From IMG/VR virus record IMGVR_UViG_2864804954_000002: 38,722 nt of DNA; one strand, written 5' to 3'. Below, piece by piece: positions 1 to 6,479 of the stretch. A program made the position numbers and the translations under genes. Under the pieces are notes generated by a model. That model had not been told where the DNA came from. It worked only from the letters and a program-made list of their open reading frames with translations, and did not search any database. The stretch comes from a virus. Every line of letters starts with the position of its first letter. The stretch's first letter is position 1.

Positions 1-95
1 AGAAACTACAGCATTGATTTCTATAGATAATTATAACGCATTTCGTATAACGTGTATTATGTTAATTTTAGATAAATTTAACTTTAATACTTAAC
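1..95. repeat. Exact 95-bp duplication of the window end (identical to 38628..38722); circular-contig overlap
   Basis: Base-by-base comparison: agaaactacagcattgatttc...ctttaatacttaac occurs at both ends. An operon and its terminator are split across the junction. Confidence 0.9.
40..67 (+). other. dif-like XerC/XerD site (pdif type): ATTTCGTATAA-cgtgta-TTATGTTAATT
   Basis: 11-6-11 architecture. The right arm TTATGTTAATT resembles the E. coli dif XerD arm TTATGTTAAAT, and the left arm has the CG(T/C)ATAA core of XerC arms. It matches the Acinetobacter plasmid pdif consensus as I recall it. The second copy at 38667..38694 is only the contig overlap. Confidence 0.75.
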
Positions 96-105
96 AAACC
101 TACCG

Positions 106-1212
106 TTATTTATCTGATTTAGTTCGATTACAAGGCTTACAGAGCATTTGCAAATTATCGTCTGTGGTTTTACCACCTTGAGACCAAGGGATAATATGAT
201 CTCCTTCCATTTGTTCTAGGCTAAAATGTTGATTACAACTTGGACATATACCAGATTGATTTTGATATGCTTTTTGCATTTGCTTGTCTTTAAAAGCTCT
301 CAATGACAAATATTTTTCGTGCCCTGTTAATAAATACTGATATATCCCTTTTTTATTTTCAACTTCATCATCTTCAATCAAATCTGAAATTTTCTGCTCT
401 AAAGCATTTTGATCTAGTATCTTATCTTTGTGTAAATTAAAAAGCTCGCCCCATGGTAAACCTTGCATTAATTTTTTACGTTTATTTGGAAAAGTTGCAC
501 CAACCCATGTAATAACAGACTGAAAGTATTGCCATAGAGCTAAGGCATTAGGATCTTTCTGATGAACAGCCATATAGCTTTCAATATTACCGTTATATTT
601 AACTAAATCTGCTTTGGAAATCCAAGAAAGAGCTGTTTCTAAAAAATCTTGGCGAATAGGAGAGCCATTAAGATAGTCAGAACCTATTGCATACGCTGGA
701 CAGTTAGTTTTACTGAAATATTTTTTAGCATCAGATACCCATGAGCCACTATATACTGCATTTCTTAATTCCTGTTTAAACAATGGCTTACCAGCAATAT
801 TAATAGTTTCAAACCATTTTAACTTTTCACTATCAGACCCAGTACAAACATAGACCATTAGTTTGTAGTCTAAAATTTGATCTTTTTCATCCTGATTTAA
901 ATTATGAAAGTAGCGCATTTCATATGCAAAATCACCTTTCACATATTGGCAAATAGATATAGTACGTTGTTGACCATCAATAATTTCATATGTTCCATTA
1001 TCACGAGTAGCCCAATACATCACATTTAATGGAAAGCCTTGCTTGACTGTATGAATAACAGCATTTCGCTCTTTTTCACCATAAACGAATTCACGTTGAT
1101 ATGGTGGGCGTACATCAAGTTCTCCATGATAAGCAGTAACCCCATTTTCAGCATTATCCTGATAATTATCAGTTAGTTCCCTAATGCTAATTTCTTTTAA
1201 TTCAATTTTCAT
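106..1212 (-). CDS. DUF262 (ParB/Srx-like, GmrS-type) N-terminal domain fused to a C-terminal HNH nuclease
   Basis: PPYQREFVY and IIDGQQR motifs typical of DUF262. C-terminal CPSC..H..DHIIPWSQGG..N..MLCKPCN is an HNH zinc-finger motif. Overlaps the upstream methyltransferase gene by 11 nt. Confidence 0.8.
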   Translation of the reverse strand: MKIELKEISIRELTDNYQDNAENGVTAYHGELDVRPPYQREFVYGEKERNAVIHTVKQGFPLNVMYWATRDNGTYEIIDGQQRTISICQYVKGDFAYEMRYFHNLNQDEKDQILDYKLMVYVCTGSDSEKLKWFETINIAGKPLFKQELRNAVYSGSWVSDAKKYFSKTNCPAYAIGSDYLNGSPIRQDFLETALSWISKADLVKYNGNIESYMAVHQKDPNALALWQYFQSVITWVGATFPNKRKKLMQGLPWGELFNLHKDKILDQNALEQKISDLIEDDEVENKKGIYQYLLTGHEKYLSLRAFKDKQMQKAYQNQSGICPSCNQHFSLEQMEGDHIIPWSQGGKTTDDNLQMLCKPCNRTKSDK

Positions 1213-2230
1213 GGTTAGAACCTAATGTTAAACGTTTTTTAATTAGAATACGGGCGTAAGTAGGTTTTCCATTAATAGCACCATCTTTATCTTTGATTAA
1301 TCCATGTTCTTTGAAAGGTATATTCTCATTAACTCGATAATCATTTGAGCTAATAATTTCAAATTGTGTAGGATTGTATTTGTCTAAAAATGTTATTGGC
1401 ACACCCATAGCACCATCATAATCACAAGGAATATCAACAACTTTATTCACATTAATAGCATCGTAGTTGTCATATTTAGGATAGTCTTGTTCATTGTACG
1501 AACGGTATAAAATTAATTCTTCGTGCCGTTTAGCATGTTCAAGATTCGTGAACCAACAAATATTTCCAAGGCTTCGCCATTTTTGCCCCGTTTCATCTTG
1601 CCAAAATCTTGTTTCTCTTGGCTCGTAATAATCAGGAACTTTAAACTTCATATCACCACTTTTATGACCAAGCCATAATTTATTATCTCGAATAAGTGAA
1701 AAGACTTCTTTATAAGTAATGGCATTTTGACTGCCAACAACTAAGAATGATTTTTCATGCTCAATTAATTGAGCTAGATATTCTCGAAATAATGAAAATG
1801 GTGGATTAGTTACAACAATGTCAGCTTCTTTAAGCAATTCAATACATTCATTAGAACGAAAATCACCATCACCCTTTAATGGTTGAACGTTGATTTCACT
1901 AATGTCAGGAATACCGTTACCATCTTTATCACCTGTGTAGGTGAGACAAATAGCTTGTTCGCTGTCATTTTGACTAAATAAATCGGTTTCACGACTCTTA
2001 TAGCAAGTAGCGATTAATTTCTTTAAACCTAAATGTTCGAAATTATAAGAAAAATAACGGAAGAAATTACTTACAAAAGGATCATCACAATTACAATAAA
2101 CTGTTTTATTTTGGAAATGTTGCTTGTAGTGTTTTAATTCATTTTCTATATCTGTAAGTTGAGTATAAAACTCATCTTCTTTTGCTTTACTAGCTCTATG
2201 CAAATTAGAGTTTTTGCCTGTCTTAGTCAC
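1202..2230 (-). CDS. N6-adenine DNA methyltransferase (EcoRI-methylase-like family)
   Basis: Catalytic motif IV VVTNPPF. The N-terminal DEFYT motif is seen in the EcoRI_methylase-type family. First gene of a two-gene operon with the DUF262-HNH gene. Confidence 0.8.
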   Translation of the reverse strand: MTKTGKNSNLHRASKAKEDEFYTQLTDIENELKHYKQHFQNKTVYCNCDDPFVSNFFRYFSYNFEHLGLKKLIATCYKSRETDLFSQNDSEQAICLTYTGDKDGNGIPDISEINVQPLKGDGDFRSNECIELLKEADIVVTNPPFSLFREYLAQLIEHEKSFLVVGSQNAITYKEVFSLIRDNKLWLGHKSGDMKFKVPDYYEPRETRFWQDETGQKWRSLGNICWFTNLEHAKRHEELILYRSYNEQDYPKYDNYDAINVNKVVDIPCDYDGAMGVPITFLDKYNPTQFEIISSNDYRVNENIPFKEHGLIKDKDGAINGKPTYARILIKKRLTLGSNHEN

Positions 2231-2452
2231 TATAACAACCTTTATAAATCCAATCTATACATCAAAAAAATCTTGAATCTTCTAAGTATAGTTCATCTCA
2301 ATCTAATAGATTACTTATCGCTAAAAATTTCCGTTATAAAATTTATTTAACATAAAAACTCTTATGCGAAACTTAAGCTACTTTGGTAGTGTTTGCCAAC
2401 TCTTTATAACTGAACTACTCAAAATTATAAGTTCTTTATCTACTATCTTAAT

Positions 2453-2830
2453 ATGGGCGTTCCCTTTCAGGTCGGGCTAGTTGGCTACGCTAAAGCCAAT
2501 CAAAGATTGTCTTCCCCCTTCGGGCAACATCCCTAACGCAAAAGCAAAAGCTTTGGACTATATATTACTACAGGACTTTCAAAACTTCTCACCGACAACC
2601 AAACTCATTGAACTTTATTTTAAGCGTGTTCAATGTCAACCCCACAAGGAGGTATGACATTGCCCCCTAGCTTAAAAATTTTTAAGTTCAATGGTTGTCG
2701 CAGCGATAAAGTTTGATGAAGGTTCAGATCAGATACCTTCTACATACTCCTTGAATAAGGATGTCGCTTCGCTCCGCTAAAAAGCGTTTGTTTAATGGAT
2801 TGCCACAGCTCCAAGAATGATGAAAGTTAG
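2453..2830. other. GC-richer structured noncoding island (candidate ncRNA or replication/entry element)
   Basis: No credible ORF. Many local hairpins: TTGGCT/AGCCAA at 2481..2499, a C(UUCG)G-type loop near 2515, GAAGGT/ACCTTC at 2719..2741 and TCCTT/AAGGA at 2748..2761. AT-rich DNA lies on both flanks. Confidence 0.5.
2593..2700. repeat. 108-nt nested perfect hairpin (four helices, 32 Watson-Crick pairs)
   Basis: CGACAACC 2593-2600 pairs with GGTTGTCG 2693-2700. ATTGAACTT 2607-2615 pairs with AAGTTCAAT 2684-2692. TTTTAAGC 2618-2625 pairs with GCTTAAAA 2670-2677. AATGTCA 2632-2638 pairs with TGACATT 2655-2661. The apical loop contains AAGGAGGT. Confidence 0.85.
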
Positions 2831-2870
2831 AAGCAAAAACAAGCTTATCTCTTATAAAATATAGTTGTAA

Positions 2871-2884
2871 TAATAGAGCTATTA
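2871..2884. repeat. Dispersed palindromic motif TAATAGAGCTATTA, exact copy 1
   Basis: Exact 14-mer, about 40 bp upstream of the early promoter -35. Confidence 0.9.
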
Positions 2885-2920
2885 ATAATTATAAATCATA
2901 TAAAAAACATTAGTTTATAG

Positions 2921-2949
2921 TTGATTTAGGTACAATGTACCTATATAAT
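2921..2949 (+). promoter_or_regulatory. Sigma70-type early promoter TTGATT-17-TATAAT with a 17-bp palindromic operator filling the spacer
   Basis: -35 TTGATT at 2921-2926 and -10 TATAAT at 2944-2949. The spacer TAGGTAC-aat-GTACCTA (2927-2943) is a perfect inverted repeat. Confidence 0.7.
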
Positions 2950-3045
2950 AGCAAGCATAAGGTGAAGAGATATAAAAAGCCTTAGAGGTGCAACGTGTAC
3001 CGACTGCCAGGACTAGCAGAAAACCTTAGTCTAGGATTTTACAAA

Positions 3046-3555
3046 ATGAACGCATTCGACTTTTCTAATAAAGCTTCTGATTCTTCTAAATTATTCCGTC
3101 TTGAAGCTTTCAGCTTTACTTTTGATTTTGGCTTAAACATCTATTTCGATGATATGGACGACCTTCGTGACATCATTGGCGATACAGAAATCGAGTTCTG
3201 GCAAGTTGAAGGATTGCGAGAAGACACGTACATGAACGTGGATAATTTTAAAGACCTTGAGACAGCTATAGAGCTAATCATGGAAGGGCATTTTCAAGAA
3301 GACCTAGACCTATTCAAACAACTAAAAAATGAGGGATATGTTAGAAATTTAGAAGATGCCCAAGAATGGCATGAAGAAAACCAATTCTGTGAAGATATGT
3401 CAGATTATGACTTCGGTCACTATCTTATGCACGATGTAAGCTGCATTGAGATCCCTGAAGCATTGCAAGGGTATATTGATTATGAAGCTTATGGTCGTGA
3501 TGCCTTAATAAATGACTTTGTACGTATAGGCAATTACATCTATAGCAACCATTAA
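3046..3555 (+). CDS. ardA: ArdA-like antirestriction protein (acidic)
   Basis: Very acidic 169-aa product. The C-terminal YIDYEAYGRDALINDF resembles the conserved ArdA C-terminal motif. AGGA lies 9 nt upstream of the ATG at 3046. The ORF track extends to GTG 2995, which has a GAGGTG 4 nt upstream and is an alternative start. Confidence 0.6.
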   Translation: MNAFDFSNKASDSSKLFRLEAFSFTFDFGLNIYFDDMDDLRDIIGDTEIEFWQVEGLREDTYMNVDNFKDLETAIELIMEGHFQEDLDLFKQLKNEGYVRNLEDAQEWHEENQFCEDMSDYDFGHYLMHDVSCIEIPEALQGYIDYEAYGRDALINDFVRIGNYIYSNH

Positions 3556-3569
3556 GGGGAGTTATAGAC

Positions 3570-3740
3570 ATGACTATTATTTCTTTATCTCCATGCACAT
3601 CTAAACTGCCTACAGTCAGCTTGTGTAAATTCTGCCGATCTGTTGTTAGTTTGAAATTTCAATATTTCGCAGGCTGTTTTAACTGTGCAAAAGTCTCTAG
3701 CAAGAATCAGGCTATAACTTTTATTGTTATAGGAGCTTAA
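3570..3740 (+). CDS. Small Cys-rich (zinc-ribbon-like) protein, 56 aa, not in the ORF track
   Basis: AAGGGGA lies 9 nt upstream of the ATG. Translation is MTIISLSPCTSKLPTVSLCKFCRSVVSLKFQYFAGCFNCAKVSSKNQAITFIVIGA, with CxxC...CxxC. Tightly packed between ardA and the next gene. Confidence 0.5.
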   Translation: MTIISLSPCTSKLPTVSLCKFCRSVVSLKFQYFAGCFNCAKVSSKNQAITFIVIGA

Positions 3741-3743
3741 AAG

Positions 3744-4061
3744 ATGAATGCACAAGTATTTAAATCTGAAGCTCTTAGCCGTTTAGCTGTTCGCCTTCCT
3801 GCTGCTGTTCCTGTTATGGCAAAGGTTGATATAGATAAAATTGTTCAAGTTGTAAAAGTTGAGTCAGGAGAGGTTTATATAATTTCCAAAGATACCAAAG
3901 GAAAATATGAAAAGCCATATCATGTTTGGATGATGCACAAATCGGGTTTTATTCTGAGATCTGCAAACGGTGTACTTGGTTATCACTCTGTTATTAGAGC
4001 TTTAAATGAACTTGAAAAAACGATTAAGCTAAAAGGACAACGTACCTTAAAATTGAATTAA
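3744..4061 (+). CDS. Hypothetical early protein (105 aa)
   Basis: ORF track entry. AGGAG lies upstream, and it starts 3 nt after the previous stop. No motif recognised. Confidence 0.6.
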   Translation: MNAQVFKSEALSRLAVRLPAAVPVMAKVDIDKIVQVVKVESGEVYIISKDTKGKYEKPYHVWMMHKSGFILRSANGVLGYHSVIRALNELEKTIKLKGQRTLKLN

Positions 4062-4072
4062 ATGATAATATC

Positions 4073-4099
4073 AAGCTCCTGAAACATGGAGCTTTTTTT
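4073..4099 (+). terminator. Intrinsic terminator/attenuator hairpin whose 3' arm contains the SD of the next gene
   Basis: AAGCTCC (4073-4079), 8-nt loop, GGAGCTT (4088-4094), then a T-run to 4099. The ATG at 4101 follows. Confidence 0.6.
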
Positions 4100-4100
4100 A

Positions 4101-4346
4101 ATGAGCAAATTTGAAAATATGACCTTTGAAAACTTTTTAATTGAAGCTCCTGAAGCAGATCATATAAAAGATCTTAGAATGGATCTGGGGTTATCTGCTG
4201 CTCAGTGTGCCAAACTTGCAGGACTTTCAGACGGTGCATTATGGCGTAAATATGAGTCAGGAGAAAGACAACCAAATAAACAAACATGGACTGTCTTTTT
4301 AATGGCTTCAGGTCAGCACCCTAATTTTAAACTGAATACAAAATAG
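4101..4346 (+). CDS. Small HTH (XRE/Cro-like or Aca-like) DNA-binding protein
   Basis: LGLSAAQCAKLAGLSDGALWRKYESGERQP is a helix-turn-helix pattern. The start was moved from 4086, which lies inside the hairpin, to ATG 4101, which has GGAG 9 nt upstream. Confidence 0.55.
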   Translation: MSKFENMTFENFLIEAPEADHIKDLRMDLGLSAAQCAKLAGLSDGALWRKYESGERQPNKQTWTVFLMASGQHPNFKLNTK

Positions 4347-4395
4347 AATCTGTATAGGTACTAAGTCAGTGCCTATACCCCTCAAAAAAAATCGC

Positions 4396-4491
4396 CCGCT
4401 TCTTTGCTCGTATAGTGCTTAGTCATATCCCTATTTTTATCTGATTTAGTTGTATGGTCCTGTTCCATCATGTGAAGTCGCAAAGAAGCGG
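4396..4491. repeat. Perfect 12-bp inverted repeat CCGCTTCTTTGC / GCAAAGAAGCGG enclosing 72 nt
   Basis: Arms at 4396-4407 and 4480-4491, in a 288-bp noncoding gap. It is preceded by the hairpin GTATAGG/CCTATAC near 4351-4377. Confidence 0.8.
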
Positions 4492-4634
4492 AAACGGCTA
4501 CTTTCTGCATGTGATTTGATACCTACGGCTGTTCTTTGACCGTTCACTTTAAATATCAGCTAATAGCTAATTGATTTAGTTTATCTTTCACACATACTAG
4601 CGTTACTTATAAAAACTATTCTCTTGGGGGGAAT

Positions 4635-5201
4635 ATGGCTGATTCAATCTTATTAACTCATTCAGATTTAAAATCTCTTGTTCAAAAAGCTATTGATAAC
4701 CGAGCTACAGTTGAGCTTTTAGATCCTAAACAAGCTTATTTCCAGTTAAAGTCTGCTTATGATTACATCCAATCTGAGCTGAAAGCTGAAGAATCTTTCG
4801 CTGCATGTCCTGTTGTTATTCGTGGTCGAGTAAGTTGCTATTCAATTATTGGTCAAGTTCATGTTCCTGCTACATTAATCGTTGATGTTGTTATGCATCT
4901 AGGTCTGATTGAAGATGAAGGATTGTTTGCTCTTACACTACATGAAAATGAAGAAGAGCCTACTGTAAATGTAAATGTAGTAGATGTTGTCTTTGATTCT
5001 CTTCAAGATCTTGATTTCGTTACTGAGCCTTTTGAACTACTTATTCCTAATACAGTAGTACATGGTCAATGTGATCTTCCTGAAGACTATATCTTGTTTA
5101 ACCTGAAAGACTTAACAAGTCAGTTATCTAATCATGTAGATTTCAGTACTATTCATACAGCTATTGAAAATATGTCTGTAGCCATTGCGAATAGCAAATA
5201 A
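4635..5201 (+). CDS. Acidic hypothetical protein (188 aa), last early gene
   Basis: GGGGGGA lies upstream of the ATG. The product is rich in D/E. No motif recognised. Confidence 0.6.
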   Translation: MADSILLTHSDLKSLVQKAIDNRATVELLDPKQAYFQLKSAYDYIQSELKAEESFAACPVVIRGRVSCYSIIGQVHVPATLIVDVVMHLGLIEDEGLFALTLHENEEEPTVNVNVVDVVFDSLQDLDFVTEPFELLIPNTVVHGQCDLPEDYILFNLKDLTSQLSNHVDFSTIHTAIENMSVAIANSK

Positions 5202-5231
5202 AAAAGCCCCTAATCTGTAAAGGCTAAGGGC
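5200..5231 (-). terminator. Intrinsic terminator of the long minus-strand late/lysis operon
   Basis: On the minus strand, GCCCUUAG...UUAGGGGC forms 8 bp including 2 G.U pairs and is followed by U6. It lies just after the endolysin stop. Confidence 0.6.
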
Positions 5232-5239
5232 GTGTGTTA

Positions 5240-5647
5240 TTAAGGCTTAGGATATTGTTTGAATGGAAGTTGAAAATGTGGACCATCTTTAAATGTCTTC
5301 CAATCACCACCCCATTCAATCGGTATCTTAAGTTCTAAAGCTGCTTTTTTCATAGCATCTGCAATCTGTTCATAGTATTTCCAATCCCAAGAGACTGTAC
5401 CTTTATCTGAGCCTTCAGGTATTACCCAAGCAGCTAAATCAACGGCATGTCCTGTAAGATGTTTACTATTCATAGTTGTTGTTTTCTTCTCTTTTAAGAG
5501 TTGAGCTTGTCTTTCTTTCGTTCTTAATCCTTCTGTAATTGTGAAATCACATTCAGTTAGTTCAATTGCTCTCTTGACCACTTTAACCAGGTCAGGATGA
5601 ACACCTTTTAAATTAGACAAGCTCTTAGTACCGAGCTTGTATCCCAT
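5240..5647 (-). CDS. Endolysin, peptidase M15 (VanY / L-alanyl-D-glutamate peptidase-like)
   Basis: SKHLTGHAVDL and GGDW...DGPHFQL zinc-binding motifs. Adjacent to the holin-like gene. Confidence 0.8.
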   Translation of the reverse strand: MGYKLGTKSLSNLKGVHPDLVKVVKRAIELTECDFTITEGLRTKERQAQLLKEKKTTTMNSKHLTGHAVDLAAWVIPEGSDKGTVSWDWKYYEQIADAMKKAALELKIPIEWGGDWKTFKDGPHFQLPFKQYPKP

Positions 5648-5649
5648 TA

Positions 5650-5955
5650 TTATTCTTCTTTGTTTGGTTTTAAATCTTTAATGTTCTTGTTGAGTTGACG
5701 CTTTAAATATTTGATAACGAGTTCAGATCCTAGTGTTCCTAGTACTGCTGCTGCACCAACTACTGCAATAGTAGGTACTGAACACCAAATCAAGATAGAT
5801 CCTGCCATTAAGCTAGTCATACCATTTAATATGGCTTTAGCCCCAATCACTTTCCATGTATCTTGATCTGAAGTTGCAACAGATTTAGCTAGGTAGATAA
5901 CGAACCCTATTCCAAATAAAAAAGTTGATAAGTAAATATCACCTGTTTTAATCAT
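5650..5955 (-). CDS. Holin-like membrane protein
   Basis: Two to three hydrophobic helices and a charged C-terminus, immediately upstream of the endolysin. Start set to Met15 (5955) to avoid a 28-nt overlap; the ORF track start is 5997. Confidence 0.5.
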   Translation of the reverse strand: MIKTGDIYLSTFLFGIGFVIYLAKSVATSDQDTWKVIGAKAILNGMTSLMAGSILIWCSVPTIAVVGAAAVLGTLGSELVIKYLKRQLNKNIKDLKPNKEE

Positions 5956-5969
5956 TATTCTTCTTCTAA

Positions 5970-6242
5970 TTATTTTATTTGTAGTGCGTCTTGCCACATC
6001 TGATCTACTTCTTCTTCTGTTAAGGCTAAAGCTTGAGCTAGTTGAATAACTGTAGGATGTAGTCTAGATATTGTGTCTGTACTTTCAAATTCGATTTGAG
6101 TACGTTCATTTTGAGATAATAATTCTTTAACTTGAGTCAGTAATCCATTGTCATACATGACCAGGTTAAATTGACGCTTAGTTAAAGATGGTATTTGCTG
6201 TCTTTTAATTTGTACTACTTTCTGAGGATTGATAATAATCAT
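5970..6242 (-). CDS. Hypothetical protein (90 aa)
   Basis: ORF track entry. 4-nt overlap with the upstream gene. Confidence 0.5.
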   Translation of the reverse strand: MIIINPQKVVQIKRQQIPSLTKRQFNLVMYDNGLLTQVKELLSQNERTQIEFESTDTISRLHPTVIQLAQALALTEEEVDQMWQDALQIK

Positions 6243-6469
6243 TCTTGACCTCCATAGCCTGAAGGATTACCAATTGTATCTAGGTCTAACTCCCAAGCAT
6301 TTCTATACTCTCTATCAGTAGGGATTAATTCATCTTCCACTATCCAAAATGGTACGTTTAATGGAATACTGATGATTGCTATTTTTTCTATTGTGTATCG
6401 TTGTAAAGCTGATTCTGTTGGATGTACAACGGATACTATACCTTCATTATTTATATATATTGCTTTCAT
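6239..6469 (-). CDS. Hypothetical protein (76 aa) downstream of the tail fibre
   Basis: AAGGAG lies 6 nt upstream of the ATG at 6469. The ORF track start at 6541 would overlap the tail fibre gene by 62 nt. Confidence 0.5.
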   Translation of the reverse strand: MKAIYINNEGIVSVVHPTESALQRYTIEKIAIISIPLNVPFWIVEDELIPTDREYRNAWELDLDTIGNPSGYGGQE

Positions 6470-6479
6470 AAAAATCTCC

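Noticed and set aside
1-95. The 95-bp terminal repeat as a genuine T7-like direct terminal repeat of a linear virion genome
   Set aside because: The repeat splits an operon (106..2230) from its terminator (38593..38622) and lies among plasmid-type functions. An assembly overlap of a circular molecule is the simpler reading. It is not excluded, since virion end mapping would be needed.
2455-2541. Possible tRNA (a GGGCGTT... 5' end and a TTCG-containing loop)
   Set aside because: The acceptor stem pairs only 5 bp. There is no GTTCRANYC T-loop with a proper T-stem and no cloverleaf spacing.
2593-2700. Calling the big hairpin a Frpo-type single-strand promoter, or linking its AATGTCA/TGACATT arms to the AATGTCA-N11-TGACATT operator at 29862
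   Set aside because: I could not place acceptable -35/-10 boxes with correct spacing in either arm. The half-site spacing differs (16 versus 11 nt), so the shared heptamer may be coincidental. It is kept only as a hypothesis in the findings.
2649-2714. A 20-codon ORF starting right after AAGGAGGT in the hairpin loop, and a 27-codon ORF at 2453
   Set aside because: The SD-to-ATG spacing is about 1 nt for the first, and the second has no SD. Both are very short and lie inside strong secondary structure.
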